Below, piece after piece: positions 1 to 10,996 of a stretch of 64,000 nt of DNA (within the stretch, counting starts at the first letter, position 1; each line of letters begins with the position of its first letter). A program made the translations under genes and the position numbers. Where the stretch lies: assembly GCA_965238275.1 (NCBI GenBank), contig OZ250186.1, positions 1,728,001 through 1,792,000 on the forward strand. The letters run 5' to 3'. Origin of the DNA: Nitrosopumilus sp. Its GTDB lineage: Archaea > Thermoproteota > Nitrososphaeria > Nitrososphaerales > Nitrosopumilaceae. The notes beneath the pieces were generated by a model that saw only the letters and a list, made by a program, of their open reading frames with translations, did not search any database and was not told where the DNA came from.

Positions 1-147
1 TGCTGCCTGCATCCTGATCCGGGCACATCGCAGGCAAGCGAACCGCCGATTCCCAAACAAGAAGGCGCGTACCGGCGCGTCTGCGCCTCAAATACGGGGG
101 AATGACGCATGGCAATTTTTTAAATATGGCCCCATCAAACGAATCCC

Positions 148-429
148 ATGCGGGCCATATGGAACGACGTCGTGATTGCAGAAGGAAGCGACATAGTCGA
201 CCTTGACGGGACAAAGTACTTTCTGCCCGGGGCCATCAGGACGGAATACTTTGCAAAGAGCCAGACCACAAGCGTCTGCGGCTGGAAGGGGATGGCCAGC
301 TACTACTCTGTCACCGTAAACGGAAAGACCAACAGGGACTGCGCATGGTGCTATGCAGAGCCAAACGATGCGGCCAAAAAGATCAAGGGCAGGATCGCGT
401 TCTGGAACGGCGTGCGCATCGAAGGCTGA
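148..429 (+). CDS. DUF427 family protein
   Basis: MRAIWNDVVIAE...YF...CGWKGMASYY...AWCY...IKGRIAFW pattern typical of DUF427; TTTAAATA box upstream. Confidence 0.85.
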   Translation: MRAIWNDVVIAEGSDIVDLDGTKYFLPGAIRTEYFAKSQTTSVCGWKGMASYYSVTVNGKTNRDCAWCYAEPNDAAKKIKGRIAFWNGVRIEG

Positions 430-591
430 TTCGGCACATCCCGGCAGTCCGGGGACCTGCGGGGCCTGGCGCGTGATCCTGGCTGCGGCTGCCCCTTGGT
501 ACTGTGATGTCTTGGAGGCCCTCCGGCGTGGATCTGCCGCACCTGCATATTTTGATAGCTTATATTTAGTCTGTAATCCTCCCAAAAATAC

Positions 592-969
592 ATGTCAGTT
601 CCAAAGCCAAATCTCCTGAAGATCGTCGAGGACGTTTTGGATCTCAGTCCGGAGATGAGGTTTGTTGCAATCATCGACCCGAAGGGCAACGTGCGCGAGG
701 CCATCATGAAGGAAGGAAAGACCAACCTCAAGTCCCAAAAGGAGCAGGAGCACTTTTGCATGCAGGTGGCGCAGAGGCGTGCAATGCGCAAGGAGTTTGA
801 CAAGTCGCTTGGCAAGGTCAGGTACGTCCATGTTGAAAGGGAGCGCATATCGCAGCTGGTCGTGTACACGAAGCGAAACATCATCTATTTCACGACAGAG
901 GCAGAGATGCCGCCTGTCACGGTGTCCCGCCTGATAACCAAGGTAAAGAAGATCGCCTCGACTATCTAG
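592..969 (+). CDS. Roadblock/LC7-like thaumarchaeal protein (DUF6659-like)
   Basis: MRFVAIIDPKG...RRAMRKEFDKSLGKVRYVHVERE pattern common in Nitrososphaerota. Confidence 0.65.
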   Translation: MSVPKPNLLKIVEDVLDLSPEMRFVAIIDPKGNVREAIMKEGKTNLKSQKEQEHFCMQVAQRRAMRKEFDKSLGKVRYVHVERERISQLVVYTKRNIIYFTTEAEMPPVTVSRLITKVKKIASTI

Positions 970-1040
970 CAAACCATTAGATAATGCAGGCGCCATGAGT
1001 GATGCTGTTGGTTCCGCACAAGTACCTCGGGGATTCAAAG

Positions 1041-1364
1041 ATGTTCGAGTATGACAGGCACTACAGGGAGTGCCAGCATTCGGGCAGGCCGTTTATCAGG
1101 GCAAAGACAAGTCCCGCACACGGAAGGTACCACGTGCAGATGGACATGGCGCCGTGCGACAGCCACCGCCGCCTGTCGCCGCGCCAGCAGGCCGCGATAC
1201 AAGAGATGTTCGAGGCGGAGGCGGACTTTGTAAAATCGCGTCTTGGAGCATCCGAGGGATTCTCCATAGGCCCAGAACTGGTGTGGTTTGACGGCATGTC
1301 CCCTGAGCACCTGGATGCGCTGTGCTGCAGGCTGCATGATATTGTGCAGGGCGGCGTGGACTGA
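1041..1364 (+). CDS. hypothetical protein
   Basis: Protein-like ORF co-oriented with the previous gene; start chosen at ATG 1041. Confidence 0.5.
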   Translation: MFEYDRHYRECQHSGRPFIRAKTSPAHGRYHVQMDMAPCDSHRRLSPRQQAAIQEMFEAEADFVKSRLGASEGFSIGPELVWFDGMSPEHLDALCCRLHDIVQGGVD

Positions 1365-1439
1365 GCGGGACCGGCCCGCACGATGGCTTTAGTTTGTGGT
1401 CTTGCCTGGATCCTGCGTACCGGCAGCAGTATGTGTCTG

Positions 1440-1685
1440 TCAGTTGACAGGATCTGCTTCTGCGTCCCACTCCTCTGGCGTGACGTCTGGAAACATCTTC
1501 CTTATCCTGTCAAGATCCTGCTCCATGGCCCTGATCCTTCCGTCAAGGTGGCTCCTTATGGTGGGGTCTCCCTCGGTTCCCATCTCCTGTCTGATATCCG
1601 AGATGGTCCTGCGCAGTGACATGTAGTATGCCATGTGATCCCTTTTTGACGCCTCTGAGGCATCATCATCCTTGTCATTCTCCAC
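1440..1685 (-). CDS. hypothetical acidic/coiled-coil protein
   Basis: Plausible composition; TTAA-type box upstream on the minus strand. Confidence 0.55.
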   Translation of the reverse strand: MENDKDDDASEASKRDHMAYYMSLRRTISDIRQEMGTEGDPTIRSHLDGRIRAMEQDLDRIRKMFPDVTPEEWDAEADPVN

Positions 1686-1992
1686 AATCGGCAGTATGCC
1701 ATTGGTGGTTAAGTACCTGACGCCTGCAGGGGCGGTATTTCACAGGACATGTCTGCCGGTCCTGGCAGACTGCATGACCCTGCGCACGCATGACGTCACG
1801 CGTGGCAGCATCCGGAAACGGCACTGCACTGACAGGTGCTGCGCTGTTCCAGGACACCTCAATCCTTTCATGTCTGGTGATGCATTTTTGATTTTGGCGG
1901 CAGCCTGCAGGTGGCCAGTATGTGATGCGCCCGTCCGCCCGGACAGGACATGTCCAAACATGTTAATACCAAGCAGCCTGCAAACTGCGCGT

Positions 1993-2274
1993 ATGGACGC
2001 ACTGCTTGACGAGATGTATGACGGCTTTGACGACAAGATTAACGGCCTCGGCCTCAAGTGCAAGGCGTACAGCGTCAAGAAGCTCTTGATTCAGGGCCAT
2101 CCGCTCAAGACTGACTATTCTGTGATCAGCTATGTCAAGGACAACGGCATGGTGCTGATTACAGAAGATGTTGAAAACGGCAAGGCGTGCGAGGAGAATG
2201 ACATCCCATGCATACTGATAAACCGCGATGTCATACTCGACGCCATGGTGGAGCAGCTCAAAAAGTACTGCTGA
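1993..2274 (+). CDS. PIN-like domain protein (DUF5615/Mut7-C-like)
   Basis: MDALLDEM...D...MVLITED acidic PIN motif; true start at ATG 1993 within the longer ORF. Confidence 0.7.
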   Translation: MDALLDEMYDGFDDKINGLGLKCKAYSVKKLLIQGHPLKTDYSVISYVKDNGMVLITEDVENGKACEENDIPCILINRDVILDAMVEQLKKYC

Positions 2275-2427
2275 TCTGCAGGACGCATCATCCGGATCTG
2301 AATGTAGTCACATGGTTGCAGCCTGCGCGTTCAGATGTGAAACCCTGGCAGGCATCGCCCCTGCAGTCACTGGGAGGCCCAGCGGGTGCTCTATGTCGTC
2401 AGCAGCACGAACCGGGCTGTGCGCCCG

Positions 2428-2568
2428 TCAGATGCCCTTTACCAGTAAGTCATTGACGGCCTTGGAGTAGCTGCATCCGTTGTTGCTATCCTGTATTGTC
2501 CTGGCCTGGTGCTGCCGCACCTTGCGATCCAGATCATCACTGATCATGATTGTAACTCGTCTTGTCAT
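2428..2568 (-). CDS. 46-aa ribbon-helix-helix (CopG-like) protein, copy 1
   Basis: Hand translation MTRRVTIMISDDLDRKVRQHQARTIQDSNNGCSYSKAVNDLLVKGI; same length as two paralogues in the window; below the ORF-track cutoff. Confidence 0.75.
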   Translation of the reverse strand: MTRRVTIMISDDLDRKVRQHQARTIQDSNNGCSYSKAVNDLLVKGI

Positions 2569-2611
2569 ACGTCACATGTGTTGTTTCATTATTTATACCA
2601 GAACCGCCTTT

Positions 2612-3206
2612 TACAAGGGCACTGCGACGAGATACATTTCAAGATTCGCAGGGAGGCGCGGTGGCTTTTTGCCGTCATGGACGGCGCCAGCAGGTTCATA
2701 CTGTCCCATGACGTGTCTGCGACAAAACTCAACTACAATCCCGCTCCCCTGTTTGCAGCCGCAAGGAATCTGGCCGGAACCGCCCCGTGGGTGCTGGCCA
2801 CAGACGGCCTGCAGGCGTTTTGTCCTGCCGCACGCAGGGCGTTTTGGAGCCACAACAGCTTCATGCTGGTCCACGTCCGGGAGATTCACCTGAGGAACCG
2901 CTTCAGCCATAACAACAAGCACGAGAGGCTTAACGGCGAATTCAGGGATCGCATCAAGACAGTCCGCGAATTCGGGACAGAAAGCCCCGCGCTGGTGCGG
3001 CTGATGATCGTCCACCACAACTTTTTCCGCCCCCACGGCGGCATTGGCAAAATGACGCCTGCAGGGGCTGCGGGGATCATCATATCGGGAACAGACAAGC
3101 AGATCACCCTCATCAGCAATGCGGCAGCAGTGCACGCAGCCTAGGCGGACCCTGGCGCGATGGACGTGCAGTCAATGCATGCCATGGCAATTACCGGGAT
3201 TGTCCG
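2612..3206 (+). mobile_element. IS6-like DDE transposase, 5'-truncated remnant
   Basis: DE..F...WLFAVMD.ASRF, LATDGL, NNKHERLNGEFRDR, HHNFFRPHGG motifs; no N-terminus; boundaries approximate. Confidence 0.7.
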
Positions 3207-3640
3207 TCACGGCGGGGCAGACGTTCATCAGAAGATCATGGTTTGATGGGAATGGGATGATGGCGTGTAAAACATGCAAGTGAATCTGGAGAAGATCCTG
3301 AATTTGTGCCACCAACCGGTGATGCAGGAGAACCAACGCCAGACAGCCCTTGTATGAAATCTGTCTGGCATACCTGCCATCTTCTGCAATCCACACACAT
3401 GCCGGTGCCGCCGTGGCAGGAAGCGCATACTGATGGTGGGACTGACAGACTATGCAGGATCGGTTTTCTTCCGGCATGGCGGAATGGCATGGCGGAATGG
3501 CCTGTTGGGCATGTGTGTTGATTTCAGCCGGTCGTGGATTTTACCGGTTCGGCATCTCCGGGTACACGGCAAAACCAATACCATCATCGCAGCCCGGAAG
3601 AAAACCAATCAATGCATGAACGAACCAGATGGCACGCCTG

Positions 3641-3781
3641 TCAGGTGCCCTTTGCCAGCAAGTCATTGATAGCCCTGGAGTAGCTGTATGCCTTGTTGGT
3701 GTCCTGTATCGTCTTGGCCTGGTACTGCCGCACCCTGCGATCCAAATCATCACTGATCATGATCGTGACTCGTTTTGCCAT
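3641..3781 (-). CDS. 46-aa ribbon-helix-helix protein, copy 2
   Basis: MAKRVTIMISDDLDRRVRQYQAKTIQDTNKAYSYSRAINDLLAKGT; TATAAATA box upstream on the minus strand. Confidence 0.8.
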   Translation of the reverse strand: MAKRVTIMISDDLDRRVRQYQAKTIQDTNKAYSYSRAINDLLAKGT

Positions 3782-3948
3782 GGAATACGTAAGTCATTTT
3801 TAATATTTATACAAAACCCGTCTTGGATTGCAGTGGTTCAGGGGCGTGACACGTTGATGACAATATCACTCACGTCCAAATCCTGTGCATGACGCGCCTT
3901 GGGGTCCATTTGCCTCCACATTGGATGAACCATGACACCATGTGGCGG

Positions 3949-3979
<31 letters not shown>

Positions 3980-4016
3980 AACTCTCCCCTTATACCATTT
4001 TGGGACATATCCGTCC

Positions 4017-4163
4017 ATGATGTGCAATCATTGCGGAATGGACAGGTGTGAGAGCGGTGTGACTGTATGTGAATCATGCATAAGCGACGGGTGGTGCGAC
4101 GACTGCGGCAAGAACAGGCAGGCCGGGTATGCATCGCAGTGCAAATACTGCTTTCTCAAGTGA
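4017..4163 (+). CDS. small Cys-rich (Zn-finger-like) protein
   Basis: 48 aa with four CxxC pairs (CNHC, CESC, CDDC, CKYC). Confidence 0.5.
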   Translation: MMCNHCGMDRCESGVTVCESCISDGWCDDCGKNRQAGYASQCKYCFLK

Positions 4164-4356
4164 TCATGCAGCAGATGATACTGCCACGAGACACGCCGCT
4201 ATTCGGCATTTAGGGGACGGAGCTTGGCGCGCGCCACGCAGGATGCAGGGGGAGAGAGGACCAGAACAGCCTGATGGAATCTTTTGGGTAATCGGATCGG
4301 CATGTCATGTCCGATATGCGATGTAAATATTTAAGATAGTTAATCATGGAACTGAC

Positions 4357-4593
4357 ATGGGAAAAGTAATCATAATAACTGAATCCGTATTGGCGTGGTG
4401 CGACAACTGTGAGGCGGAATTCACGCCCAGGATAGTGCGCAAGATCCATACCTGCCCAAAATGCAGAACAGCCGTGCTTGGAGCCGAGGACGTGCCGCTT
4501 CGCGGCCCGGGCGTGCACAAGGTGATTAAAAAGACGATCAAAAAGGCAGACAGAGCCAGTGCCGTGATCAGCAAAAAGCCTGCCTCCAAATAG
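4357..4593 (+). CDS. Zn-ribbon protein, copy A (basic tail)
   Basis: CDNC...CPKC; AT-rich TATA region upstream; paralogue of 4867-5064. Confidence 0.75.
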   Translation: MGKVIIITESVLAWCDNCEAEFTPRIVRKIHTCPKCRTAVLGAEDVPLRGPGVHKVIKKTIKKADRASAVISKKPASK

Positions 4594-4866
4594 GCCAAGG
4601 GACGTCTTGGGTTTTTGTTGGAATCGTGCGTGGACTGCATCGTACGATGGTTAGGCTCTGCGCCCTGGCAGGATGGGACAGGAAAAACCATAGAGGATGC
4701 AAAAGCAAGACAGTGCCCGGTGTAATTTTTTTGTGCCGCCCGTGCCGGGTTCATGTACATGCCCCCTGTTGCAAAACGGATGAAATCCACAACACGGATG
4801 ACTGTGTACCGTGTTTGTATTAGTTATTTATTATAACTATTTAAGTTAGTCACGTACAAACGATAC

Positions 4867-5064
4867 ATGGGAAAGGTAACTATAACCACCGAATCGGTTC
4901 AGGCGCACTGCGAGGCATGCGGAAAGGACTTTACCCCCCGGATAGTGCGCAAGATCCACACCTGCCCGAACTGCCGGACCGCCGTTACCGGGGCAGAAGA
5001 CGTCCCGCTTCGCGGTAGCCGCGTTGGCAGGGTGGTTGGCAGAAGGGTAGAGACCGCGCAGTAG
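4867..5064 (+). CDS. Zn-ribbon protein, copy B
   Basis: CEAC...CPNC; shares FTPRIVRKIHTCP and GAEDVPLRG with copy A; T-tract terminator after the stop. Confidence 0.75.
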   Translation: MGKVTITTESVQAHCEACGKDFTPRIVRKIHTCPNCRTAVTGAEDVPLRGSRVGRVVGRRVETAQ

Positions 5065-5139
5065 CCGGAGTTTTTTTTTGTAATGCCGGCTGCGCGCTCT
5101 GCATTGGTGTAATCAGGCTCGCTGCCCGGCCACATCAGA

Positions 5140-6012
5140 TTCCCCACTGGTAATAACACACCTGATCGAGGACGGCGTAATCAGCCTCGAGTTTGCAGCG
5201 TACGTCTGGATGCTGATAGACGTCACGCCGTTCCTGCTGATAGTCGGCGAGACCGGCAGCGGCAAGACCACGCTGATAAACGCCCTCATGTGCCTGTCGG
5301 ATCCGCGCATGCACGTCATGGTGATTGAGGATACCCGGGATCTGAGGATGCCGCCTACTGGGCAGAGTACAACATTGCAGTCGAGGGAGGCGGCGGCAGC
5401 GGCAGCTCCAAGGGGAGTAATTCCGTACAAAAGGGCACCAGCATGATGGACCTGGTCCGCATGGCCCTTCGAAAAAAACCGCATTTCGTGCTGATAGGGG
5501 AGGTTCGGGGCGAGGAGACGCGGGAGATGTTCCAGGGAGCAGTATCCGGCCACGGGGCCATGACCAGCTTTCACGCAGCCGGGGTGCCAGAGGCGTTTGC
5601 CCGACTGAGATCCGAGCCCATCAACATCACTGACAACCAGCTGATGAACCTCTGGGGAGTGCTCCACATCAGCAATCTAAAGACACAGTCAGGCCAGACT
5701 GCCAGGCGCATGCTGACTTATGCCGAACTGTACGTGGACGGGGACGACGGCAGGATACGCCACCAGACAGTCTTTGGGTACGACCACAAGACAGACACGA
5801 TCATGCCGCGCAGCAGCGCCGAGATCATCAACAACAGCAGGAGGATCCGATACGCCGCCGACAGGTTCGGGGTGCAGGACATCGCAGCCGAACTTGACCG
5901 GCGCAAGGAGCTGCTGCAGGAGTGCATTGATGCCGGCGCCTACACGGTGCGGGAAGTCTTTGACGTCACGTCCCGATGTTATGACCATGCCAGCCCCGCG
6001 GACCGCCCCTGA
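5140..6012 (+). pseudogene. type II/IV secretion (VirB11/FlaI/TadA-like) ATPase, C-terminal part, frameshifted
   Basis: Walker A GETGSGKTT, VIEDTRDL; second frame has LRKKPHFVLIGEVRGEE...GHGAMTSFHA; N-terminal domain absent; start approximate. Confidence 0.8.
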
Positions 6013-6108
6013 GCCAAAATAATCCCATCATGCTTGTCCGGTGTTTTTGTATGTGTATATATCATAAAGCAATATAATATTTATATAGATTAGTGCCGTA
6101 CAATAACC

Positions 6109-6870
6109 ATGAAACGAACCAAGAAATCATACAGGGAAGTCATGGGCGATCTTTTGGAGTCATTCAAGAGCGGCGATCTGCCTGAGGCGGTCGCAAGGAC
6201 GTACATTGACTTTCCGGACGTGCCGTGCGCAAGGTATTCTGTCGTGAACAGGCTCTTGATTATGTTTGCCCGGACGGGCGACGCGCGGGGGTACAGGCAG
6301 TGGGAGAAGGCGGGGCGCCGCGTCAAGAAGGGCACCAAGGCGTTTTACATATTCGTGCCTAAAATCGTCCCCCGAAAGAACAAGGACGGGGAGGAAGAGA
6401 CTGCATGTACGGGATTTGCGATGGTGCCGATGTTCAGGTACGAGGACACCGAAGGCCAGCCGCTTCCGGAGCATGCGCCGGTGACAATCCCGCCGCTCGT
6501 GGATGTGGCAAGGAAGGCGGGAATAGGCGTGACGTGGGGGAGAAGCACCCGCGGGGAATACGGGTACTTTAGCCCGGGCTCGAACCAGATTAACCTCTCA
6601 AGCGAGGATCCGAATGTATTCTTTCACGAGCTGGTTCACGCGTACGACAACAAGACTACAAAGCTCAAGGGTGGACAGGATCCCGTGCAGGAGTGCGTGG
6701 CAGAGTTTGGCGCATGCGTGCTGGCCAGGGTCTTTGGAATCCGGGTGGACAAGTCGTCTTACGACTACATCAAGGCGTACAACGGGGAGGTCCCAAACAT
6801 GTGCCAGAGGGTGCTGACGAGGGTAGACAAGATAGTCCGGACGATCCTCAAAGACAACGAATCGGCCTAG
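6109..6870 (+). CDS. ArdC-like ssDNA-binding/zincin antirestriction protein
   Basis: YSVVNRLLI...GYRQWEKAGRRVKKG (ArdC N-domain) plus FFHELVH...ECVAE metalloprotease-like motif. Confidence 0.8.
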   Translation: MKRTKKSYREVMGDLLESFKSGDLPEAVARTYIDFPDVPCARYSVVNRLLIMFARTGDARGYRQWEKAGRRVKKGTKAFYIFVPKIVPRKNKDGEEETACTGFAMVPMFRYEDTEGQPLPEHAPVTIPPLVDVARKAGIGVTWGRSTRGEYGYFSPGSNQINLSSEDPNVFFHELVHAYDNKTTKLKGGQDPVQECVAEFGACVLARVFGIRVDKSSYDYIKAYNGEVPNMCQRVLTRVDKIVRTILKDNESA

Positions 6871-7129
6871 GGCCATTTCCTTTCCTTTTTATACCAAACA
6901 ATTTTCACGTGCGTGGACACAGGTATGGAAAGACAGGGGACTGAAATCCGTGTTGGTGCTTGGCGCGTGCTTGTTTGCAGCCGGTCTGTTGCTGTACTGC
7001 TTGATCTGAGTACTGAAAATCGTTAGGCCGTTTCCCTGGGTTCTCATACGCGGGAGATTTCACGCGTTCATGTCCAACATGGCTCGGGTAAATTCCAGCG
7101 GTCTGATCACCAAAATTTACCAGAGCCCG

Positions 7130-7323
7130 CGGCAAGAGGTGGGTTGTGGAATCTGCCTTCAGGGGGATGTTCTGAGGGCATCCGTATTCGTTGAAATGGA
7201 TTCAGGAAGTCAATCTCAAGGTGACCGCGTACAACAAGCTGGTAAACATTGGAGCAGGTAAAATGTAGGACCAGGCGGATCCGGCACAAATCTTGTCAGA
7301 CCCTGCTGAATCATGCAACAAGC
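7130..7323 (+). mobile_element. IS5-family (IS903-like) transposase 3' remnant
   Basis: Translates GKRWVVESAFRGMF*...IQEVNLKVTAYNKLV; ends near CATGCAACAAGC, resembling an IS903-type terminus. Confidence 0.55.
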
Positions 7324-7388
7324 TGCCAGATTCGGTGTTGTCCACATTTTGATAATCCCGCTCTATTTCACATTATTTTTGGCTCATT

Positions 7389-8219
7389 TTGGCATCCCAA
7401 ATCCGGATTCTGAGGGGGCTTTTGGTGTTGACAGGTTTACGATTAGTCGCTTTTGAGCCATTTTCATCTGGTGGTGCATGGCATCGGCTGGAACCGGAAA
7501 CCGGCATTCTGCCCCTACCGGATGTCAGGGTGTGCCATTTTGGATCAGAGCTGGGAAAGACGCAGGAGACTATCCGGGGGATAGAGGCCGGCGAAATTGA
7601 GGATGACGGAATCGGTGGCTGGAAATTACTGGAGGAGGCAGAAAAGAACAACCTGGAATGCGCCAGGACGATGCCGTTTGTGCGCTCGGCCAAGGTCCCG
7701 GCCCACATACAACTCGCACACGTCTGGAACGACTGTTACTATGACGAGAAGAGGAAGATATTTGCCACTTTCCGCAGGTTCCCTAACGGCGTGGGTTGTG
7801 AGACGCGCGCCAAACAGGACCAGCCAGGTTATGACGGAGAAGGGATGGCCTTTGGCTGGAAAGATGTACGGTTCAGATACGGTTATCCAACAGTAACGGC
7901 AAATGACAAAAAGGGCCTTTATTGCAGCAGCATGCTGTGCACAATGTCTGAGGAAATGATAACAGACGATCTTGTGATATCGCTGCTTAGGCTTCATGAT
8001 GATTTGGGCAGATCTGATTTGGATACGGTCTACTACGAGACTGAGGCAAAGCGATGGATCGGCGGCAGGTTCTTCAAACTCACGGACGCAGAACGCAGGA
8101 TCGGCCTAAAGTATTTGGCGTGGCTCCAGGCCACGAACAATCCCGACATCCCGTGGACCAGGCCAATGGAGTTCATCCGGCTTGACGAAGAAGAAGAAGA
8201 AGAAACGGTCGTGGCATAG
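7389..8219 (+). CDS. hypothetical protein (start uncertain)
   Basis: Long ORF with natural composition and acidic tail. Confidence 0.55.
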   Translation: MASQIRILRGLLVLTGLRLVAFEPFSSGGAWHRLEPETGILPLPDVRVCHFGSELGKTQETIRGIEAGEIEDDGIGGWKLLEEAEKNNLECARTMPFVRSAKVPAHIQLAHVWNDCYYDEKRKIFATFRRFPNGVGCETRAKQDQPGYDGEGMAFGWKDVRFRYGYPTVTANDKKGLYCSSMLCTMSEEMITDDLVISLLRLHDDLGRSDLDTVYYETEAKRWIGGRFFKLTDAERRIGLKYLAWLQATNNPDIPWTRPMEFIRLDEEEEEETVVA

Positions 8220-8596
8220 GGCAGAATACACGCGCCGGTTTGGCATGTTATTTCAAGTTTGTCCAACCCAGTTCAGGTCCGTCCAATCGCTTGTGCATCA
8301 AGGGCGTTAGTACCATGCCGTCCTCGGCTGCTGCCCTGAATTCGTTTGCGAGTTCAAGCAGTCCCTCTTTGCTGGAACGGTTCGGCTCGGATCTGCAAAC
8401 CCGATCATGCAGAATACCCTACTCCGCCATGAGAACGATTTGAATGGAGGTTTTGTAATAAATCCGATTTTTGTTCACGGATTTACGTTCCGTGCAGGAA
8501 TTCCTCAGCGACAGGACTTCGGTGTTGCATATACGGATTTACGTTCCTGGAATTTCACGGCAGTCTCTTTATAACGCGCACTTTGGCACGTCTGTT

Positions 8597-8932
8597 CTAA
8601 ATGTATTTTTCCCCTTTTTGCCTGGTGGTGATGTCGACTACGTCATCCATTGTAGAGATGAAAATCTTACCGTCGCCCGGCGATCCAGTATGCGCAGCAT
8701 CTGCAATTATCGACACTACCTCGTCTGCCTTGGCGTCCTCAACGGCAACAAAAAATGTCAAAACATCATTGTATCGTTCGATGTAGCGTCCTAGTCCCGG
8801 TTTGATCTTTCTGGGTCCTTTTCCGCGACCCTTTGCAGAGGTTACGGTAAGCCCGCCAATTCCTGCTTTTTGCAGAGCGTCCACAACGTCTTTTTCCTTG
8901 GATGCGTGAACTATCGCGTCTATTCTTTTCAT
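8597..8932 (-). CDS. glnB: P-II family nitrogen regulatory protein
   Basis: MKRIDAIV...GIGGLTV...GRG...AHTGSPGDGKIFIS...T.QKGE signature. Confidence 0.92.
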   Translation of the reverse strand: MKRIDAIVHASKEKDVVDALQKAGIGGLTVTSAKGRGKGPRKIKPGLGRYIERYNDVLTFFVAVEDAKADEVVSIIADAAHTGSPGDGKIFISTMDDVVDITTRQKGEKYI

Positions 8933-9017
8933 GTTTTTTCTTGCAAGTATGGGTTAAAAAGCTTAGTTTTTTCAGGATTCTACGATGGGCTTTTAAAGAA
9001 AACTCCATCCTAGGGCG

Positions 9018-9842
9018 ATGACTCCGTGGAAAAAGGCCAAGCGAACGGACTGCATGCTCTCGTTTGCCACCGTGAGGTACTGGCTGGGACAGCTGAACGA
9101 GTGCGGAATCAAGCACGATATCAAGATTCCAATAAACACCAAGGACGTCTACCTGTACCACCTAACCACGTTCAACGAATGGCTGGCAGGGCGCGAGTTT
9201 GACGTGCGGGTGCAGACAGTAGTCGACGGCAGGATAGTCCGCAAGACGGTCCAGAAATCGTTTAAGCACGTGGAGGAACTGCTGTACTTCGGGGAGGACG
9301 AAAACACCAAAGATGTCAGGAAGATCATAAGCCAGCATCTGGTAGCTCCGCAACACAAGCACCTGAAACGCGCCACAAGGACCGTCATATGTTCGGCGAT
9401 AAAGTCGTATTTTGACGCGCACGACGTGTTCACGAACGTCAAGGTTAACGGGCGCAAGAACAGCGAGGCGGAATTCGCCGACGAGCCGGGGCTTGACATC
9501 ACGGAGTTCTACAAGATGATGACGGCAGGCAAGATAAACCCCCTGACGTGCGCCGTGATGATGGTAAAGTTCCAGGCGGGGCTCGATTCGAGCACGCTTG
9601 CAGACAGGTTCAATTTTTACGCATACAAACAGATAGCCGAATACTGTGGAACCCCCGACCATGAAAAGTGGGATCTTGAAAAGTGCCCCGTCCCGATAAG
9701 GCTGAGGCGCGTGAAGACCACCGTCAAGTACACTACGTTCATCGATCGCGATGCGCTGTCAGCGCTCAAGGACTACTTGGTGTGGAAGGAGGGATTACAC
9801 GGCCCGCACGATCCCGAAGGTCCATTGTTCACTACCATCAGG
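9018..9842 (+). pseudogene. tyrosine recombinase/integrase, truncated by IS481
   Basis: SAIKSYFDAH core-binding helix; FQAGLD box I region; RRVKT...YTTFIDRDALSAL.DYL...GPLF; HxxR and Tyr half missing. Confidence 0.7.
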
Positions 9843-10996
9843 TGTATTGTAACGAAATTATGTCCACCTATTCTTCGACGCACCCTGCATGACTTCATTA
9901 GGCTGCACCGATCAGGACGACCAATGCCGACCAAACTTGATGATGCCAAAATCAAGTACGTCATCCGCGAGAAGAAGAAAGGGACATCCAACACAAAGAT
10001 AGCAGACGGTGTGGGGATAAGCACCCGTCATGTGCGCCGCCTCTGGTCCCTGTACGAGGCGACAGGATCATTACCTGTCATCAAGAGAAATTCGCAGGCA
10101 GACCAGCTGCCAAGATATCCGATGAGGATGTCAGGCGGGTGCTGGATGCGTATGGGAACGAGGGTGCTGGTGTGGGACGTGTTGCCAAGGCACTGAGGCA
10201 TCAAAACATAAGCGGGCGGACCGTATACAAGGTGATGAAGAGACGTAATCCGTAATTAGTCGTTAGGCACAAAGTGGGAATAGATGCTAGGCACGAAATG
10301 ACCCAAAACTGCCTATTACGGATTATGTCTAAGGAACACGGGTTGGTGGAACCGTGCCCCACCAAATCAAAGAAACGCAAGTGGGTAAGGTACGAACGCC
10401 TTCACTCAAACTCCATGTGGCACACGGACTGGCACGTGATGAAAGACTACCGCATGAAGGATCTGAACCTGATCACGTACTTGGACGACGCCTCAAGATG
10501 CGTGACAGGGTTTGGCCTGTTTGATGAGGCTACCGGCCAGAACGCCGTGCAGGTGCTCAGGCAGGCCGTCCAAGCATTTGGCGTCCCGTCATCCATCCTG
10601 TCCGATAACGGTTCGTGTTTTGTGGGAGTTCGAAGGGGCACGCCAAAGGGATCCTGGAGACCCACCATCTTTGAAAACGAGCTGTTGGATCTTGACATAC
10701 ACCTAATCAACTCCAGGCCATACCACCCCCAGACCAACGGCAAGCTAGAGCGGTTCCACCGAACCATTAAGGACGAGGTAGGACGGCACGACAGCTTGGA
10801 AGATTTCATCACATTCTACAACGAGAGACGATTGCACTGGTCACTTGACATAGATAATTGCCAGACGCCTCTCAAGGCGTTCCATGACAAGGCAGCAGAC
10901 GAATCCACAAGAGCTACCAACCCAAACTGGATGGAGGCGGATGTCCATGGATAAACAGCCACCAAAGGGGGGCGGACATAATTTCGTTACAATACA
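9843..10996 (+). mobile_element. IS481-family element (transposase 9924-10954 disrupted by a frameshift and a MITE)
   Basis: Perfect TIR TGTATTGTAACGAAATTATGTCC / GGACATAATTTCGTTACAATACA; HTH then WHTDW, YLDDASR, ILSDNGSCF, HPQTNGKLERFH. Confidence 0.92.
10241..10330. mobile_element. 90-bp MITE inserted in the IS481 transposase
   Basis: 16-bp TIR AGAC(G/A)TAATCCGTAAT; AAG duplicated at 10238-40 and 10331-33; removal restores VMKEHGLVEP. Confidence 0.85.

Noticed and set aside
8477-8547. 15-bp direct repeat ACGGATTTACGTTCC as an att site
   Set aside because: The copies are only 56 bp apart and neither matches a tRNA or an island edge.
9018-10196. Integrase-HTH fusion protein of 392 aa
   Set aside because: Chance read-through from the truncated integrase across the IS481 TIR into the transposase start.
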